DNA of 63,464 nt, filler included. It is 3 parts of 3 records of this genome, joined end to end, with 100 filler letters (N's around TTAATTAATTAA, not from the genome) between each part and the next. Parts side by side here need not be neighbours in the genome. Positions count along the whole stretch, not along the records: positions 51,310 to 63,464 come from SRR20825010_857; 2 more parts are not named here. One strand, 5' to 3'. Below, piece after piece: positions 63,395 through 63,464 of this stretch; the stretch's first letter is position 1; the number at the start of each line of letters is the position of its first letter. Below the pieces are notes generated by a model, which had not been told where the DNA came from, did not search any database, and was given only the letters and a program-made list of their open reading frames with translations. Both the position numbers and the translations under genes were made by a program.

Positions 63395-63464
63395 TTAAAG
63401 GGTCGCCGCAACCGCTGCGGTGGTGTCCAGCATGCGGTTGGAGAAGCCCCATTCGTTGTCGTAC
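63395..63464 (-). CDS. gap: glyceraldehyde-3-phosphate dehydrogenase, 3' fragment (contig edge)
   Basis: Manual translation YDNEWGFSNRMLDTTAAVAATL*. Confidence 0.88.
   Translation of the reverse strand, partial: YDNEWGFSNRMLDTTAAVAATL

Noticed and set aside
51310-63464. Inverted segmental duplication of region 1-8400
   Set aside because: The proteins are well diverged, composition and cargo genes differ, and a linker intervenes; these are orthologues from another genome
1-63464. CRISPR arrays, tRNA/rRNA genes, transposases, integrases, prophage genes
   Set aside because: No regularly spaced repeats, cloverleaf or rRNA signatures, or DDE/recombinase/phage motifs were recognised by eye; tRNAscan-SE, Infernal and ISEScan would be needed to exclude them formally

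Overview
The window is not one locus. It is three unrelated contigs joined by two artificial 100-nt linkers (N44-TTAATTAATTAA-N44 at 31413-31512 and 51210-51309). Contig A (1-31412) is an alphaproteobacterial core region, inferred Kordiimonas-like: gap(3' end)-pgk-fbaA-thiE, efp-suhB, a non-flagellar MotA/MotB-like pair, rpmE, ibpA, trcR, ubiX, purEK, tal, priA and atpH-atpA(5' end), with small accessory insertions. Contig B (31513-51209) is visibly more AT-rich, carries Bacteroidetes TAnnTTTG promoters and is inferred to be Flavobacteriaceae. It holds a TetR-ABC-HlyD-TolC exporter whose ATPase motifs are degenerate, an uncharacterised sugar-acid-type catabolic cluster bracketed by a decayed duplicate of an SDR gene end, a Vat/CatB-type acetyltransferase and several hydrolases. 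Contig C (51310-63464) is a more GC-rich alphaproteobacterium, inferred Rhodospirillales-like, carrying the same backbone as contig A in reverse: gap-fbaB-thiE-efp-suhB-motA-like. The best candidate for an undescribed system is the ZorAB/MotAB-like ion-motor locus found next to efp-suhB in both alphaproteobacteria, with no flagellar, TonB/Tol or Zorya partners; contig C adds a Pro/Ala-rich OmpA-like protein that could be a third component. Other notable items: an in-place swap of class II versus class I aldolase, a ROSE thermometer and an anti-SD 3'UTR sRNA candidate at ibpA, a DUF465 gene missed by the ORF track, a diguanylate cyclase with a FlgM-like leader, and a desaturase with a degenerate His box under ArsR operators. 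No tRNA, rRNA, CRISPR array or transposase was recognised. All family assignments come from motif recognition by eye, not from database searches.
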